Of a stretch of DNA of 64,000 nucleotides, positions 50,401 through 63,170 are shown piece by piece (within the stretch, counting starts at the first letter, position 1; every line of letters begins with the position of its first letter). The DNA comes from Thalia democratica. Taxonomy: Eukaryota. The notes under the pieces are model-generated. The model was not told where the DNA came from. It did no database searches and was given only the letters and a program-made list of their open reading frames with translations. The position numbers and the translations under genes are program-made. The stretch covers positions 72,726,001 through 72,790,000 of the forward strand of contig OZ241830.1 of NCBI GenBank assembly GCA_965202585.1, read 5' to 3'.

Positions 50401-53400
50401 GGCTAGCTTTTGAGGTAAGTCAATCCAACCAAACTTTTTTTCTGACTTTTAAACATAATTTACAATGCAAAGAGTAAGTTTTCCTTTAGAAAATTCATTG
50501 AAGAATAGAAACAAAATACAATTACTACAGTTGATACTAGGTGTAGCTTGGAAAATCCGCAAATAAAATTGCAAACCTGTAAAATGCTGAGTCAGCAAAG
50601 TTTTTTTAAAAATATTAGAACATGATTTTTTAAAGTTTTTTTTTATGTATGCCCTTATACCTAACCAACCTTACCCAAAAATATAACAAAAAATAAGTTT
50701 TAGTGTTAAAAGTTAAAAATAACATGATAAAATAGTTTAAAATTTTAGCCCAAAAATTTTCGACAATTCTCCAAACCAAAATCTTTGGTGGCTAGCTTTT
50801 GGAGTGAGACAACTCAACCAAATTTTTTTTGTGAGCTTTAAACACAATTTGGAATCGTTTTAAAAGATAACTGAAGTTGTAATCAAAAAAATCAAAAATA
50901 GCATACCCCCCTATTTATACTACTTTAGTAAGAAAGTCGTTTTATTTATAAAACAATCAGACTTTGACATTTTCTCTTTGAAATCTGTTATTTTTCAATC
51001 CTCAATTTTTCTTTTAGTGTAAACTGTTAAAAAAATAAAGCTCATCTGACTACTCAAATAATAAATATTTAATATTTAAAAGTGTGAGTGAACATTTTTA
51101 TCAGAAAAAAACCAACTGAACCAGGTGTATTATTAGTTTTTCCAGTCTTTTTAGATTAAAAATACTTTTCTAAATGTCCAACAAAATACATCTGTATCAC
51201 AATTTTAGTCAACAAACACAACAATGTTTTGAAATATTAACAATATTCTTCATTATAAACAAAACCAACTGGTTTTCCTCTGAAACTTCTTCGTTCTCTT
51301 CGTCATCATTATATTCTGACGTCACAATGGCGTGGAAAGCTCTCATCCAATCGTAGATGTTGATGAGTTCGCCCGATTCCAAGTGCAGCTTGTAGACGAT
51401 CGACAGGTCGGGAAGCTGAGACGAAATCATACTTGACTCGCTCAGTTCTTTCATCTAACAAAATATATATAATGAATTTTTTATTTTAATTAACTTTTAA
51501 CAGAGTTAATTCTCATTTTTACTTGCGTTAAAAACATATTGAAATATTAAACATTCTTTAGTTTTAATTATAACTTAATTAACTTAATTTTTTTTTTTTT
51601 TTAAATAATTAACAAAACTTGTTTGTTTTTCTAAAACTGCTTTGGGTTTTAAAAGTAGTATTTTTCATTAACGAAATAGATCACTTTTAGATAAGTTCTT
51701 AAAACAAGCATTTTATTCAAATAACTTTCAAATAGCAGCCGGGGTCTGACAGTGCAGTTTGAATGTTGAGCCTTGGTGAAGCAAGTAATCTTTCTTTTAT
51801 TGTTTGAGGAGAATCGAAATAAAATACTTCGTACAAAGGCATCGATGTGGGTGGCTTCAAGTTCTCTCTGTAGTAATAAAAGATGTTGATAAATTCAAGT
51901 AGTTATTAGTTAAATGATTATAATCGTAGTATTGATCAGGGTTTCCCAAACTTTTTTTTTTCAAAAGGCCCCCATTAGAGAAATTAAAATAGCCATGACT
52001 ACTCAAAAAACACCTAAGACCTTTTTTTTGCTCTTCAACATACACTCCAGAAAATCTAGCTTAAGTTTCAAATTATGACCTCATGCCCCAACCCCCTTTG
52101 GCCCACTTTGGGAAACCCTGGTATAGATTGAAGTCTAGAAGGTTTATTTTTATATAAATTTTAAAAAAACCGATAATTAAAATCCTTTAATTTTTATTTT
52201 TTAATATTACATCTAAAGCTACAATTTTTTTATACTAGTAAATTATTATAACGTTTTTAACCTAAATATTATTTCGATTATATTAAAATTAACAAAAATA
52301 ACAAATATCAAAGCAAACTCGAAATATTGGGTGATAGTGGTGAATATTTCATTCCTGAGTTTTTCGAATCTCGTCAGTTTTTTAGTTGTGGCTCTAACGG
52401 CTCGCCTTTCTCTCAATCTCTGTTGATTAAATGAAATAAATAAAGTATTAGTGAAATATTTGGGAAAAAGTAAATATTATACAATAAGACACTATCCCTA
52501 AATATCTATTATGAACTTAAGTCTTCAGAACAAAACTAATCATCAAGTTAATTGAAAAAAAAGTATTTAAATCAAAATACAATAAAAAAACATATATACT
52601 TTTTATAGATTTGCAAAATAAACATTTTTAAAACAAATAGTATGTAGGTAAAATTAAAAGTAATACAACTCCAGCGCTTTTATAACATTTATACGTTAGG
52701 GGTGGGTTTTCAAATAGGAGGTAGACTATAAGTAATAAGAAATTAAACACTGTGCAAATATGACAAACACAATACCAATTAAGTAAAAAATATGTGAATA
52801 AGTATAAAGTTGTTATATGAATGAGATTCTGGTAACTAACAAAAATCTTGATAGCAATTATCAAGACAGAAAATATTTTCTTCTTTTATAAAAAATTAAC
52901 GTTAACTTTGTAATTCTTTTGTTACAATACATTAGTTTTTTTGATAAACTTTATTTTAATTTTAAACTTATGTTTTGTAATTGTTAAGCGTGTTTTACTC
53001 TATTTGTATAAACTAACATTTTGAAGTTGATATGTATATTTTACTTTCTTTAAACTTTCATTATGAAATTTGTAAGTCCATTTTATTTAATTTTTCGACT
53101 AACACTTTGTAGTTGATATGTATATTTTAAAACATTTAATCACTAAACTAACATTTGGCAATATATTTTACTTTATTTAATTATCCAACTAATATTTTGT
53201 AATTGATAAGTATATTTTACTTCATATAATTTCAAGTAACATTTTGTAATTGGTATGTATACTTTATTTCAATTAAACTAACTGTATTTTACTCTATCTA
53301 CTAAAACTTACATTTTGAAGTTGATATGTGTATTTTACTTTATTTATTTGAACTTACATTCTGCAGTTGATAAGTGTATTTCACTTTGTTTAATTGTTCG

Positions 53401-56400
53401 ACTTGATTGTCTTCGTTTTCATATTCATCACTGTCATAATAATCTGATAAAAATGATTATTTATTTACTCAAAGTTTCAACTATATAGAAAAAAAAAACT
53501 TTTAATACCAATGTTCTACAAGGTCACATGACAATTCAAACTCGGACAACTCAAATTCCGACAATTCAAATTTTTGAAAAAATATTTAAAAGACTATATC
53601 TCAATAAATGATTTGAATTTGGAAAAAATGAAAAATACATATGTATATCTTATTATTATCTACAAGCAATTTTTTTCTTTTTTTCAAAATCTTGAGGCCA
53701 TAGGGGGGGGGGGGATAAACCATGTTTTTTACAAGTTGATCTTATTTTATAGAGTTTTTTCTAAGCTTCAAGATGCTTTTAATTGTTTAAAAAAATTCGA
53801 ATCAATTTTTTGAGATATGACCAGTCAAAGTCGGGCCGCATAATAGGTTCCCTATGGGAAGGGAAAACTAAAACAGCAAAAAAAGACTATTTCATTTAAA
53901 ATTTATCTCCTCCTACATTTTTCAAGCAATCTTCTTCAAACTTTCACAGTCTAATCTTAATACAATAACAAAAAAACGTTACTTTGGAATTAAAAAAAAT
54001 TTTGTAAAAATGTTTTTTTTTTTTTTTTTAAATCACTTATTTTTTTTTTTTGTGATAAATTTTTCATTTTTTTGAATTACTAAAATTCTAAAGTAACGTT
54101 TTTTTCCTTTTATTATAAGGAACATTTCCTGAAAATTTGAAGAAGATTGCTAGAAAAATGAAGGAGGAGATAGATTTTTAGTGAATTTTAAAATATTCGA
54201 GAAAATTGACCCCGAAAAATTTGCGGCCCATACGTTTATAAAGAAAATTTTTTACAAAAAATTAAATATCTCAAAAGTTAAATGATATTTTTGAGTTTTA
54301 TTAAAACTGGCTTGTAGTTTGTACTTAAAGCTTTCATATAAAAGCCAAAGTTTATTTTTGTAAAAAAAAATGTTGGACCCCCCCTATGGCCTTATATGTT
54401 TTTCAATTTTTTTTAAATTAATGAAAATAACTATGTTTTTTACTTTATTTAAACCACGTTTGAAATTATGTTTAATTTTTTTCGAAAAGAAAAAAATGAT
54501 TTGTAGATATTAATATGACCTGCATATGTAATTTTTATTTTTGACAAATATACATTACTTTTTAATTTGTGGCCGTTTGAATTTTATTTTTCAAGAATTT
54601 GAATTGTCGTGCATCCGTTCTACAAGTTGCTAGTTTTATATCTAAAAACACTTTAAAAAATGTCTAAACATTTATCAGTTTGAGAAAACGTTTGATCTAA
54701 CACCTAAAATTAATAAAACAAACTTAAAGTTTTATAGTATATAAAAAGTGTCCAACAATTGGTATTTTAAGTTTAAACTAATTTTTAAGATCTACATTGA
54801 ATATACAAATACAAAATTTTTAGGTTTTACAATATTTAATATTTGAGATATCAGTTTGAATGCTGTTATGATAAACATTTAGTGGATTTAAAATATAAAA
54901 TAATACTTTATCAAACTAAAAAAAAAAAGTTAATCAAAATGTTTTAACGTATATCTACTCTTTACACTACAAAGTTATTTTCAAAACCTATTATTTTAAA
55001 TAAAACCTATCATTTATTTTATTTCAATAGTTAGTTTATTTACATAAAAAAAACTCTTTAAGTCGTACCTAGATTAGTGTCGTTGGTTAATGTGTCTAAA
55101 TAGTTGTCGATTTTCATTACCAAGCTTTCCGGAGTGCACACTTCGTTTTCTTCAGATTTCTCAATAAACTCCAGTTCCTTTTCAATCTCTTCGGCTAACG
55201 ACTCCAACAACTCGATGACTGTTCCTTTGTTGGAGACCTAAAGTTTTTAAAAAAATCGTTTAAAAAATGCCCATAGAGTTGTCTATAAAAGTTTTTAAAC
55301 CAGAACAATGTAACCTTTTTTGTGCAGAGAAAAATTAGTGTTTTTTAAACATCAAGTATTATAGACCTTAAAACTTTTTTTTATAACTTATTGAAATTTT
55401 AAAGTTAACTAAGTTATTCAATAATATAACTTTAAATGTGGTCATTAAGAATTGTTGTAAGTTAAAAAATTGAAGTTTAAATATCACCTAAAAATACAGA
55501 GAAGCCTCATTAAACTTAACTTTTAACTGTAAAATTTAAAAGTTAAATAAGTTATTTAACAATATAAATTAAATGGTTATTGTATTATCAGATGTTTCAA
55601 AACATTCAGTTTAAAACATTCATGTTTCAAATCCAACCTTTAAATACAGAGATGCCTCCTTGAATGAAGGACAATTTGTCACTGAAGTTTTGTGAACAAG
55701 ACAGAATATTTCTCGTAACTGAAAAATTAAATTATTACTTTAAAATATTAACTACAAACTTTAACATTTAATTACACAACAAAACCATGAGTTTTGAGTT
55801 ATATAAAATTAAAGTGTTTTACAAACAACGGTTATTGCTAAAGAATTTTAGTTTTATAAAATACTTAAACGACTGTTACTATTTTACAATAAACTTCGTT
55901 CTTTTATATAATTAAAAAAATATTTCATTCATAATTTAACAAAACTTTTTTAAATGCATAACCCCCAACGGTTTATTTTACATATATATATATTTTAATT
56001 ACTTTAAAATAATTTGATAAAACAAACCTGCTTGCCCATGGGAGCACCTGGTATTTCTTTCACTAGCAGGTGAAGACATTTGAGAAAAAGAAAATATTTT
56101 TCGTGGTACCGATATATTTCTTTCACCAACTTTTTTGTTTCTTTCTGTAATTATAGGTTTTGATAAAAACTGAAAAAAGTTTTTAAAAATTTAAAGTTTA
56201 GGACTTTTTATTTCACGCACTTATTGTTGAAACTCTATCGTTAAATTAAATGTTACAACTTTAATTCATTTATCATGGGAATAAGGTTGCTATTTAAATT
56301 TGAATAGTTTAACTATTTTATTTTTTCTCACCTTAGAAAAACTTTAGAAGAAAAAACTAGAAGAAAGTATTTTAAATTGAGTTGAATAAGTCTAAAATAA

Positions 56401-59400
56401 AAACTAACTTAACGACCAAGTTGTGAAACTTATTGAGATAAAAACTCAGTCTGTTTTAAGACTGCTTTTTGAACGTAAAAATTTAAACTAAGAATGTTTC
56501 TTACTAATATCTTTAATGGAAAGTTTTGCTAACAAAAACCCTGAGTTATAGTCATTGAGACATAACAGGGTTGCCACTGATTTTTGAAAGTACATGTGTT
56601 TCGGTCTATTTTTAATTAAATTAAAATTTAAGGTTAAAAACTGTGTTCACTAACACAACAACATTGAAAAGATACTATGAAGCTACTTCAAATATGATTT
56701 TTAATAAAACAAATGTTGATGATGACAATTTTTTTTATCTACGTGATAGATATTTCGTGTCAAATCAAAATTTTACTACTTAACATGTAATTTTTTTTTA
56801 AATTCCAGGTTTTTTTTTTCAAAATTTCTCAATTTCCATGTTTTGTGGCAACCCTGGTATAAGCAACATTATAACAATTAAAAATATAAACTAACACGAA
56901 GCAAGCCGGCTGTAGTGAGTATTTTCTTCGCATCAGACGTATTCATCTTTGCTAGATACCTAATTTTAAAATTTTGTATCATTGTAAAATGCTATATGAT
57001 GCATATGAGTACAAATGACTGTTTTTTGTAAGTAGGTAACTAAATATTTCACTTTACAAAGTTTTGATTTACACCATATGACATAGTTTTATTAGAGAAG
57101 TTTTGTTTAAAAATATAGAAAAATCGAACAAAAAAAAATTAATTTGTAGGAAAATTTAAAAATTGGCAGAACATGATTTCCTTTGAACTTGTTAAAAATT
57201 CTGGTATTCTGATTTTATTTAGGGTAGCTGTCAAATTTGAACGAAGGGTCACTTTTGCACAGGGGTCGGCAAACTGCGGCCCGCGGGCCAATTGCGGCCC
57301 GCGAAGGGTAAATCTGCGGCCCGCGAGCACGTTATTTTTTTGAATGGAATGCGGCCCGCGAAAGAAAATTTTGTGGCCCGCGAGCATGTAAAAGTGGCCC
57401 GCTGAGCAAAAATATATTTCAAGTAAAATTTTTTTCGGTAATTCGATTTAATTTGTTTAGTTTGGTTTTAAGTCTCTGTAAAACATTTAAAAATAATTAG
57501 AAGAAGTTACTACTTTAATTTAAAAATGTGAAAAAGACAGATTAGCATTCTAACAGTATATTTTTCTGAGTTTCATAATAACTTCTATTTTACAACAGCA
57601 AGTAATTATCTGAAAAAACAGTGCTTGAATTTAATAAGTTAGTTATATTATACCTATTTATCAAATAAACTAAATGCAAATGTTTTCCATTTTGTACAAA
57701 AGCAATGCACAGTAATTAAATAAAGTGTCATTTCTTTATAGCTTAGATATTCTTTCCAATATTTTTTACCTAAGTTTCTTTTATATATTTTTTATTTGTA
57801 AATGTTATAATTAGTGTAAAAACATTTAAAATAACACAGTAATAAGAAAAAAAGGTTTATTTAAGTTTTGTTTTGACAAATTTTAATTTTTTAGAAGTTT
57901 TCTTTGCACTTAAACTAACTTATATGCACACCAACTTAAAAAAATGCTCATATTTTAAACCACTTTTTATAAAATACTTTAGTTAATTTAAGTTTAGTTT
58001 TTGCATAACTTTCTAAGTTTGTTTTTTCTACATGTAACATCTAAATTTGTACAGACACAATTAAAACAATATATATGACATAAACTAATATAGTTTTTGT
58101 TAGGTATACATTTTCATTTTTCAAACATTGATTTTGTCAAACTAAGTTAACATTTATGCTTTGCATATCAATACACACATTTGCTGTTTTTTGGAGCTAC
58201 CTATTTAATATAAACTAGACTTAGGGATAGTTTATAATCATTGACACACTCTCAGACTATCACTATTTGAAGACTTCAAATCTCAGGCCAACTAAATCAT
58301 TTTATAAGTTTTTGGCTAGAATTGTTTTTTGTATTCAAAATATCAGGAATGTTTTTGTTAATTCAGGCTGGCTTTTTTGCTTAAAAGAGTGGCAAATTGA
58401 ACTGATGATGTAAGTTTTGTTCAACCCAAAGTGTTAGTTTCAGTTATAATATATGTTATAATATATCAAGTTCAAGCTTTGAACTTGAAAATTTATGCTT
58501 AAAAATTTTGGAAAAAAACTTGAATTTGAGAATTTTTGAAAAAGTCTAGAGTTTCAAACAATTTTTACATGTAAAGTAGTGAAATTTCGATTTGACACAA
58601 AAAATTTAGCAAATAAACATTTCTTTGTTAAAAAATATACTAAAGTAGCTTAACAGTGTTTTTTTAATATTGATATACTTTATAAGACACTTTTTAAACT
58701 TTAATTAAACTTTATAGTAAAAATAAAAGAAGGAATTGTACTTCTAATACTTTTGGTGCATTGCACCTTTACTTGTAAAATTTCACCGATTGTTGTGCTT
58801 CGTGTTTGCACTAAATGAAGAAATTATACTAAAGTGTCAAAGTTAAAAAACATCTCTAATAAAAATTCTCAGATGAGCTACAGTTTTTCTATCAGTGCTC
58901 TCATCTTAACATATTGATTAAAGTCATAATTTGATTTATGCGACTTTATAACCTCAATGCATTTCCTAAATAGGACTTTTTGTTGTCATTGAAGAAATAA
59001 ACAAAAGTTTTTCATTACTGCCAACAAAAATTCTTTAAAAAATATTTCAATTATAAACGGTATCTCATTATTAATAATAAATTTTGCTACTTTATAACTT
59101 GCCTTAACAACTTTTTTCTGATAATTCTGTAGTTACTGAAGATAATCATGTGCTTTGTTGGTACTGACTTTGGTGATTTGTTTTTTTATCGTTTCTCGCA
59201 ATAACTCCTAACTAACGTTTTTTTTTTTGTTGCTCGTCTTTTATTTTACAACTGATATTTTTATTTCTTTAATGCAGATAAAGAATTGCTGTAATGCTTA
59301 ATAAAAAAAGAGGTTTTTCCCTTCGCTAATGACTCAATTAAGTTTTATACTTTTGTTAAAAATGTTTAAGAAAGTTAATTGTCCATTCCAGCTGACTTAT

Positions 59401-62276
59401 ATATTTTTGGCATGTAATTTGTTTACTGTTAATAAGTTTCGTTATTTTTTTATGTTGTAAACTTTGTTTTAACTGGGTAGCTACACAAACAGGCTATTTT
59501 AAAAGCTTGAAAACTCAGATGTGTGTGAAACTTTTATTTCAAACACTTTAAATAAATCTTAGAATTCCCAGAATAGTTTTTATGACTGTAGTGTAGTTTA
59601 CTAATTGTAGTTTTTTATTTTTTTTTTACACTTTGTGTACTTTTTAATGATGATGATATTTTTACTAGGTACTTAAGCTTGATTTACAACGATTTACTAG
59701 CTTTTTAGACTTTTAATGAACTCAGGCTGGTTTGATACAACTCAGACATTTTTGCTTTTTAAGTGACAACCATGTAAAAGACTAGTTACTGATAAGATAT
59801 TTTATTTAAGTATTCTGAATTAATTATGTTAAAGAATTAGTTCTAGCTTTCTATAATACAAACAGGTATTAATTTTAATAAAAAACTAATTACTAAATTT
59901 TTTAATGAATGTAAACTATTTAACACGCAAAAACTTTTTTTTGAAGTTAATATTTTTAGAAATATGAAAAAAGGGGTTGGTAATATAACAAATATATAAA
60001 AGTAACTAATAAATTGTCTTTCAAGTTTGGTTTTTATAGAGAGTTAAATTGTATGTAAAATTACAAAAGTATTAAATTTAACTTAGTAAGTGCTTATGAA
60101 AGTACATAGTTTATTAACACTTAAGTATTTAGTCAATGTAAGTTTTATTCTAATTTTATTTAACTTAAATAGTCAAATTATGTATAGCTAAAACTTTTCT
60201 CTAGTGTGACTAAAACTAAAACCAAAAGATTATTCAAACGTCACTAAAACTAAAACTGCGGCCCGCGAAGACTTTGTAAACTTGAAATTTGGCCCGCGAC
60301 CACCAACTGCCTGCCGACCCCTGCTTTTGCACAAGCAGACAATTTTGCACAGGTTGAATTTATTTTATAGTTTTTTATTACTTTTATATTTTTAAATATA
60401 GTTATTTTTTATACTATCACTGTTACCCCTAACCCTTACCCTCGGTCGGTAGCTTTTTTTCTTTTTTACTAATTTATATTTATTCATATACCTTTTTTTT
60501 AATTATTTTTATTATCATTGTTACCCCTAACCCTTGGTAAGTCACTTTTTTTTTTCTTTTTGTTTTTTATTAATTTATCTTTTTCTTTTTTTACTCTGAT
60601 ACGAAAATAAACTTTGGTGCAAAATCGAACCTAGGTACATAATTGTCTTCGTGCAATTTTGTGCCCTGGTGTAATTTTGTCTTTGCGCAATTTAGTCCCC
60701 TCGTGCAATTTTATCTTCGTACAATTTTGACCCGTTCCCATTTTTTTAGTGTATCAATTCTAGATTATTACTACGCTTATCTAAAAAATCATGCTTTGCT
60801 CATAAATAACACTTCAAGTCTACATTTATACTAAGGTCATATGGAATACAAAATTTAAATGTAGAAAATAAACAAACAGTCAATGATAAAATATAACAAA
60901 TATGTAAAATTTTTAACAGATTCAAGATGGGTTATTTGTTTGAGCATTACAAAAATACATAAATGTTTAATAATAAAATAATTTATTAATTTACTTTTTA
61001 ACAGATTCAAGATGTGCCACTTGTTTGAGCTGGTTATTTTTAAGTTGATCAACAGCGAGTAGTGAGCTTTCTACATCCATACAACATAACACGCTCAGTG
61101 GCTGAAATAATAATATTTGATGTAAATAGTAATTTGTTACAAGTTCTTTTTTTTTGTAATCCTTGAGAAATGGTTATTTTAAACAGAAATCTACAAATTA
61201 TTACTATTACTGACTTGTAATTATTCTATAATTAATAAATATTGACCTTTTAGTACAAAACTTTTGTCTACAACGTGTTACTTTTAAGTACCAAAAAAGA
61301 TAACAAGCTGAGAAAACATTCTTTTTAATTATAAACTAAATATTAATTAACATTTCAAAACAAAACATTAAAAAAATCACAAAAAAAACGAATTAAAAAT
61401 AGGCACAATCATTCAATCAAAATTCCATATATAAAAAACACCAAACCTGTTTCCTGTAGTGTTCGATGACGCAGAATTTCAGTGATCTGATGAAATTGTT
61501 GATTGAGAAGTCGAACCTGAGAAACACGTCTATCAACGTTTGAACGCATCTACCACTCAACTTGAATGGTACTTCCTCTGTTAACAATATCTGAAAATAT
61601 TTTAAGATAGTAATTAAGTTGTTAAGTATTTGTTGAATATATTTAAATTTAAGAATTAAAGACGATTTACATGAATAAACTCTGACGCTACAAACTTAAA
61701 ATAGTTGTTATATTAAGTTAAACCAAAAACAAAACATAATTGCAAAATGTTACACATACTTTATATGATGAAATGTTTAAGCAGTTACAGTTATTTATAT
61801 TACAAATATAAAGCTTAAAAACTAACCTATATAACATACATAATCAATATTATAAACAGTTTAACATAAGCTTAAACTATCTATATACACATTTACATTA
61901 TACTCCAAATTTTAACTACAAAATTTAAAAATAATATTATTAGTTTTCATTATTATATATATAATATTCTAATTAAATTTTATAATATTTATTTTCTACA
62001 ACTACTAGTATGTTATACTTTTATAATAGAATAATTATGTAATATATATGATTATTTTCAAAAATTATGAAATAATAATGAAACTACTCATCATACTCAT
62101 CATAATTTCAAACCTTTTTAAATATAATCGCCAGGTGTCGCGAGGGAGGCGGTGCGTTGAACTTGGTGATGAGGAGCTTCACCACCGTGCTGTGGTCGAT
62201 CAGGCGTGACGATATTTCTTCCCACGAGGTGGAAACCCCCAGTATGAAAACAAAGTTAACTTTTGACGAGTGAAAG
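44404..62276 (-). CDS. ORC3: Origin recognition complex subunit 3, 3' 12 exons (5' part beyond the window): 62114-62276, 61447-61590, 60995-61101, 56896-56959, 56028-56144, 55638-55718, 55069-55237, 53358-53443, 52319-52419, 51726-51867, 51270-51454, 44404-44500
   Basis: GT-AG exons join in frame (1456 nt, ending TAA). Peptides [131 protein letters not shown] and [31 protein letters not shown] match ORC3 through the winged-helix C-terminus. Confidence 0.95.
44743..44998. mobile_element. hAT-type MITE, TIR CAGGGTTTCCCAAA (same family as 51937-52120)
   Basis: Starts caggggtttcccaaact and ends actttgggaaaccctg; flanked by gtttaga(c); internal sequence similar to 51937-52120. Confidence 0.8.
46270..46710 (+). 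pseudogene. Decayed DDE-type transposase remnant with hAT-like motif order
   Basis: Peptides [46 protein letters not shown] and, after a frameshift, [27 protein letters not shown]...VACNMHVL give a D(GS) ... TDxxxN ... CxxH order; stops and frameshifts present. Confidence 0.6.
47119..50176. mobile_element. Non-autonomous hAT element, 3058 bp, 8-bp TSD TATTAGAG (copy 1)
   Basis: TIR caggggtcggca / tgccgacccctg; tattagag on both sides; subterminal gcgggcc arrays; no long ORF in the track. Confidence 0.93.
51937..52120. mobile_element. hAT-type MITE, TIR CAGGGTTTCCCAAA, TSD gtat(t/a)gat
   Basis: Starts cagggtttcccaaa and ends tttgggaaaccctg; 8-bp TSD with one mismatch. Confidence 0.85.
53011..53345 (-). 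repeat. About five decayed tandem copies of the 3' end plus donor of ORC3 exon 53358-53443
   Basis: acattttg(a/t)a(g/a)ttgata(t/a)gt(a/g)tattttactt at ~53011, 53101, 53187, 53236 and 53305 vs the genuine acattctgcagttgataagtgtatttcactt at 53356. Confidence 0.85.
53522..54616. mobile_element. Foldback, Mutator-like (MULE) non-autonomous element, 1095 bp, 9-bp TSD GTTCTACAA
   Basis: gttctacaa at 53513-53521 and 54617-54625. Arms pair along nearly the whole length (gacaattcaaa/tttgaattgtc; ggccataggggg/ccccctatggcc; tttcaagcaatcttcttcaaa/tttgaagaagattgctagaaa). Confidence 0.88.
56566..56856. mobile_element. MITE of the CAGGGTTGCCAC family
   Basis: Starts cagggttgccac and ends gtggcaaccctg; internal sequence shared with ~43735-43800. 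Confidence 0.78.
57222..60739. mobile_element. Older Mutator-like MITE split by hAT copy 2
   Basis: Left end gggtagctgtcaaatttgaacg resembles the reverse complement of the right end cgtacaattttgacccgttccc. Subterminal tgcaattttgtc-like repeats occur on both sides of the hAT insertion. Confidence 0.55.
57260..60323. mobile_element. Non-autonomous hAT element, 3064 bp, 8-bp TSD CTTTTGCA (copy 2, inverted relative to 47119-50176)
   Basis: Same TIRs; cttttgca on both sides; reverse complement aligns along its length with copy 1, with scattered substitutions and small indels. Confidence 0.93.
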
Positions 62277-62844
62277 CTGTGAGGAGTTTTGAAAATGTTT
62301 AAACTTATTTTTGATGTCTAAAAAGCAAATCATCTAGTTAGTGGGTAGTGTTTAAAGAGAAATTGTTTTAAATTGAAGTTAAGATAAAACTTAGACATTA
62401 AAATGTTTAAGATAAACTGACAAAAAACGTTGATTCTATGCAGGTAATAATTTTTAACTTAATACTACGTTTAGAAAAAAAAATTCTTAATGTTAATGAC
62501 AATTTTTATTCTACTTCTAAATAGCATGGTTGCCACTCAAAAAACTGAGAAGAATTTCCTGACTTTTCCTGACTTTTTCCTGACTTTTTACCAAAGTTTT
62601 CCTGACTTTTCTAAATCAAACTCTTAAATTAGACTTATTCCAAAATACATAATCTAACACTTGAAACTATATAAAACTTCCAATCTAACTTTAAAAACAA
62701 TAGTTTTTTGCTGAATTCTAGAATCAAACTTCCAGTACATCACTTAAACCATCTGTGTATGATTGATGTTTGTAATAAACAGCTCTATCAGCAAAATTCT
62801 TGTATTTTTACCTTATAAACACAGCTTGTCTGAAAAACGAAACA

Positions 62845-63170
62845 ATTTTTTAGAAAATCCTAGCATAAATGTATCTAGATAAACAAACGACATATAAGGA
62901 ACTTTTACAATTAAAACCTTGAATTAATAACGAACTTTCACAACTAAAATCTTAAAACAATAACAAGTTTTTACAGTTGAAACCTTAAAACAATAAATAA
63001 TACTATTTTTTAGAATTTCCTAGTATAAATGTATCTAAATGAACGAAACAACATATAAGGAACTTATAAAATTGAAACCTTAAATTAAGAAGGAACTTTC
63101 ACAACTCAAACCTTAAAACAATAACGAACTTTTACAGTTAAAACATAAAAACAATAAAGAAATTAATCAA
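62845..63170. repeat. Tandem duplication, ~160-bp unit with ~30-bp subrepeats, in an ORC3 intron
   Basis: tttttagaa..tcctag(c/t)ataaatgtatcta...catataaggaactt...aactttcacaact occurs twice. Confidence 0.8.

Larger units (their letters stand above)
45369..50913 (+). mobile_element. Long-TIR (~430 bp) DNA element with 7-bp TSD TTTATAC and a decayed transposase; hosts a nested 3-kb hAT
   Basis: 45369-~45800 is an inverted repeat of ~50470-50913 (e.g. gagttgtctcact...aagctagccaccaaagattt vs aaatctttggtggctagctt...agtgagacaactc). Termini tagggggtatg / catacccccta; tttatac on both sides. Confidence 0.8.

Noticed and set aside
51209-51454. 81-aa ORF as an independent gene
   Set aside because: It is the penultimate ORC3 exon (51270-51454) reading into intron.
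57139-57387. 82-aa ORF with RGP repeats
   Set aside because: Translation of hAT subterminal gcgggcc repeats.
60420-60535. ccctaaccct telomere-like motif
   Set aside because: Only isolated units, inside a Mutator-like MITE also present at 23580; not a telomeric array.
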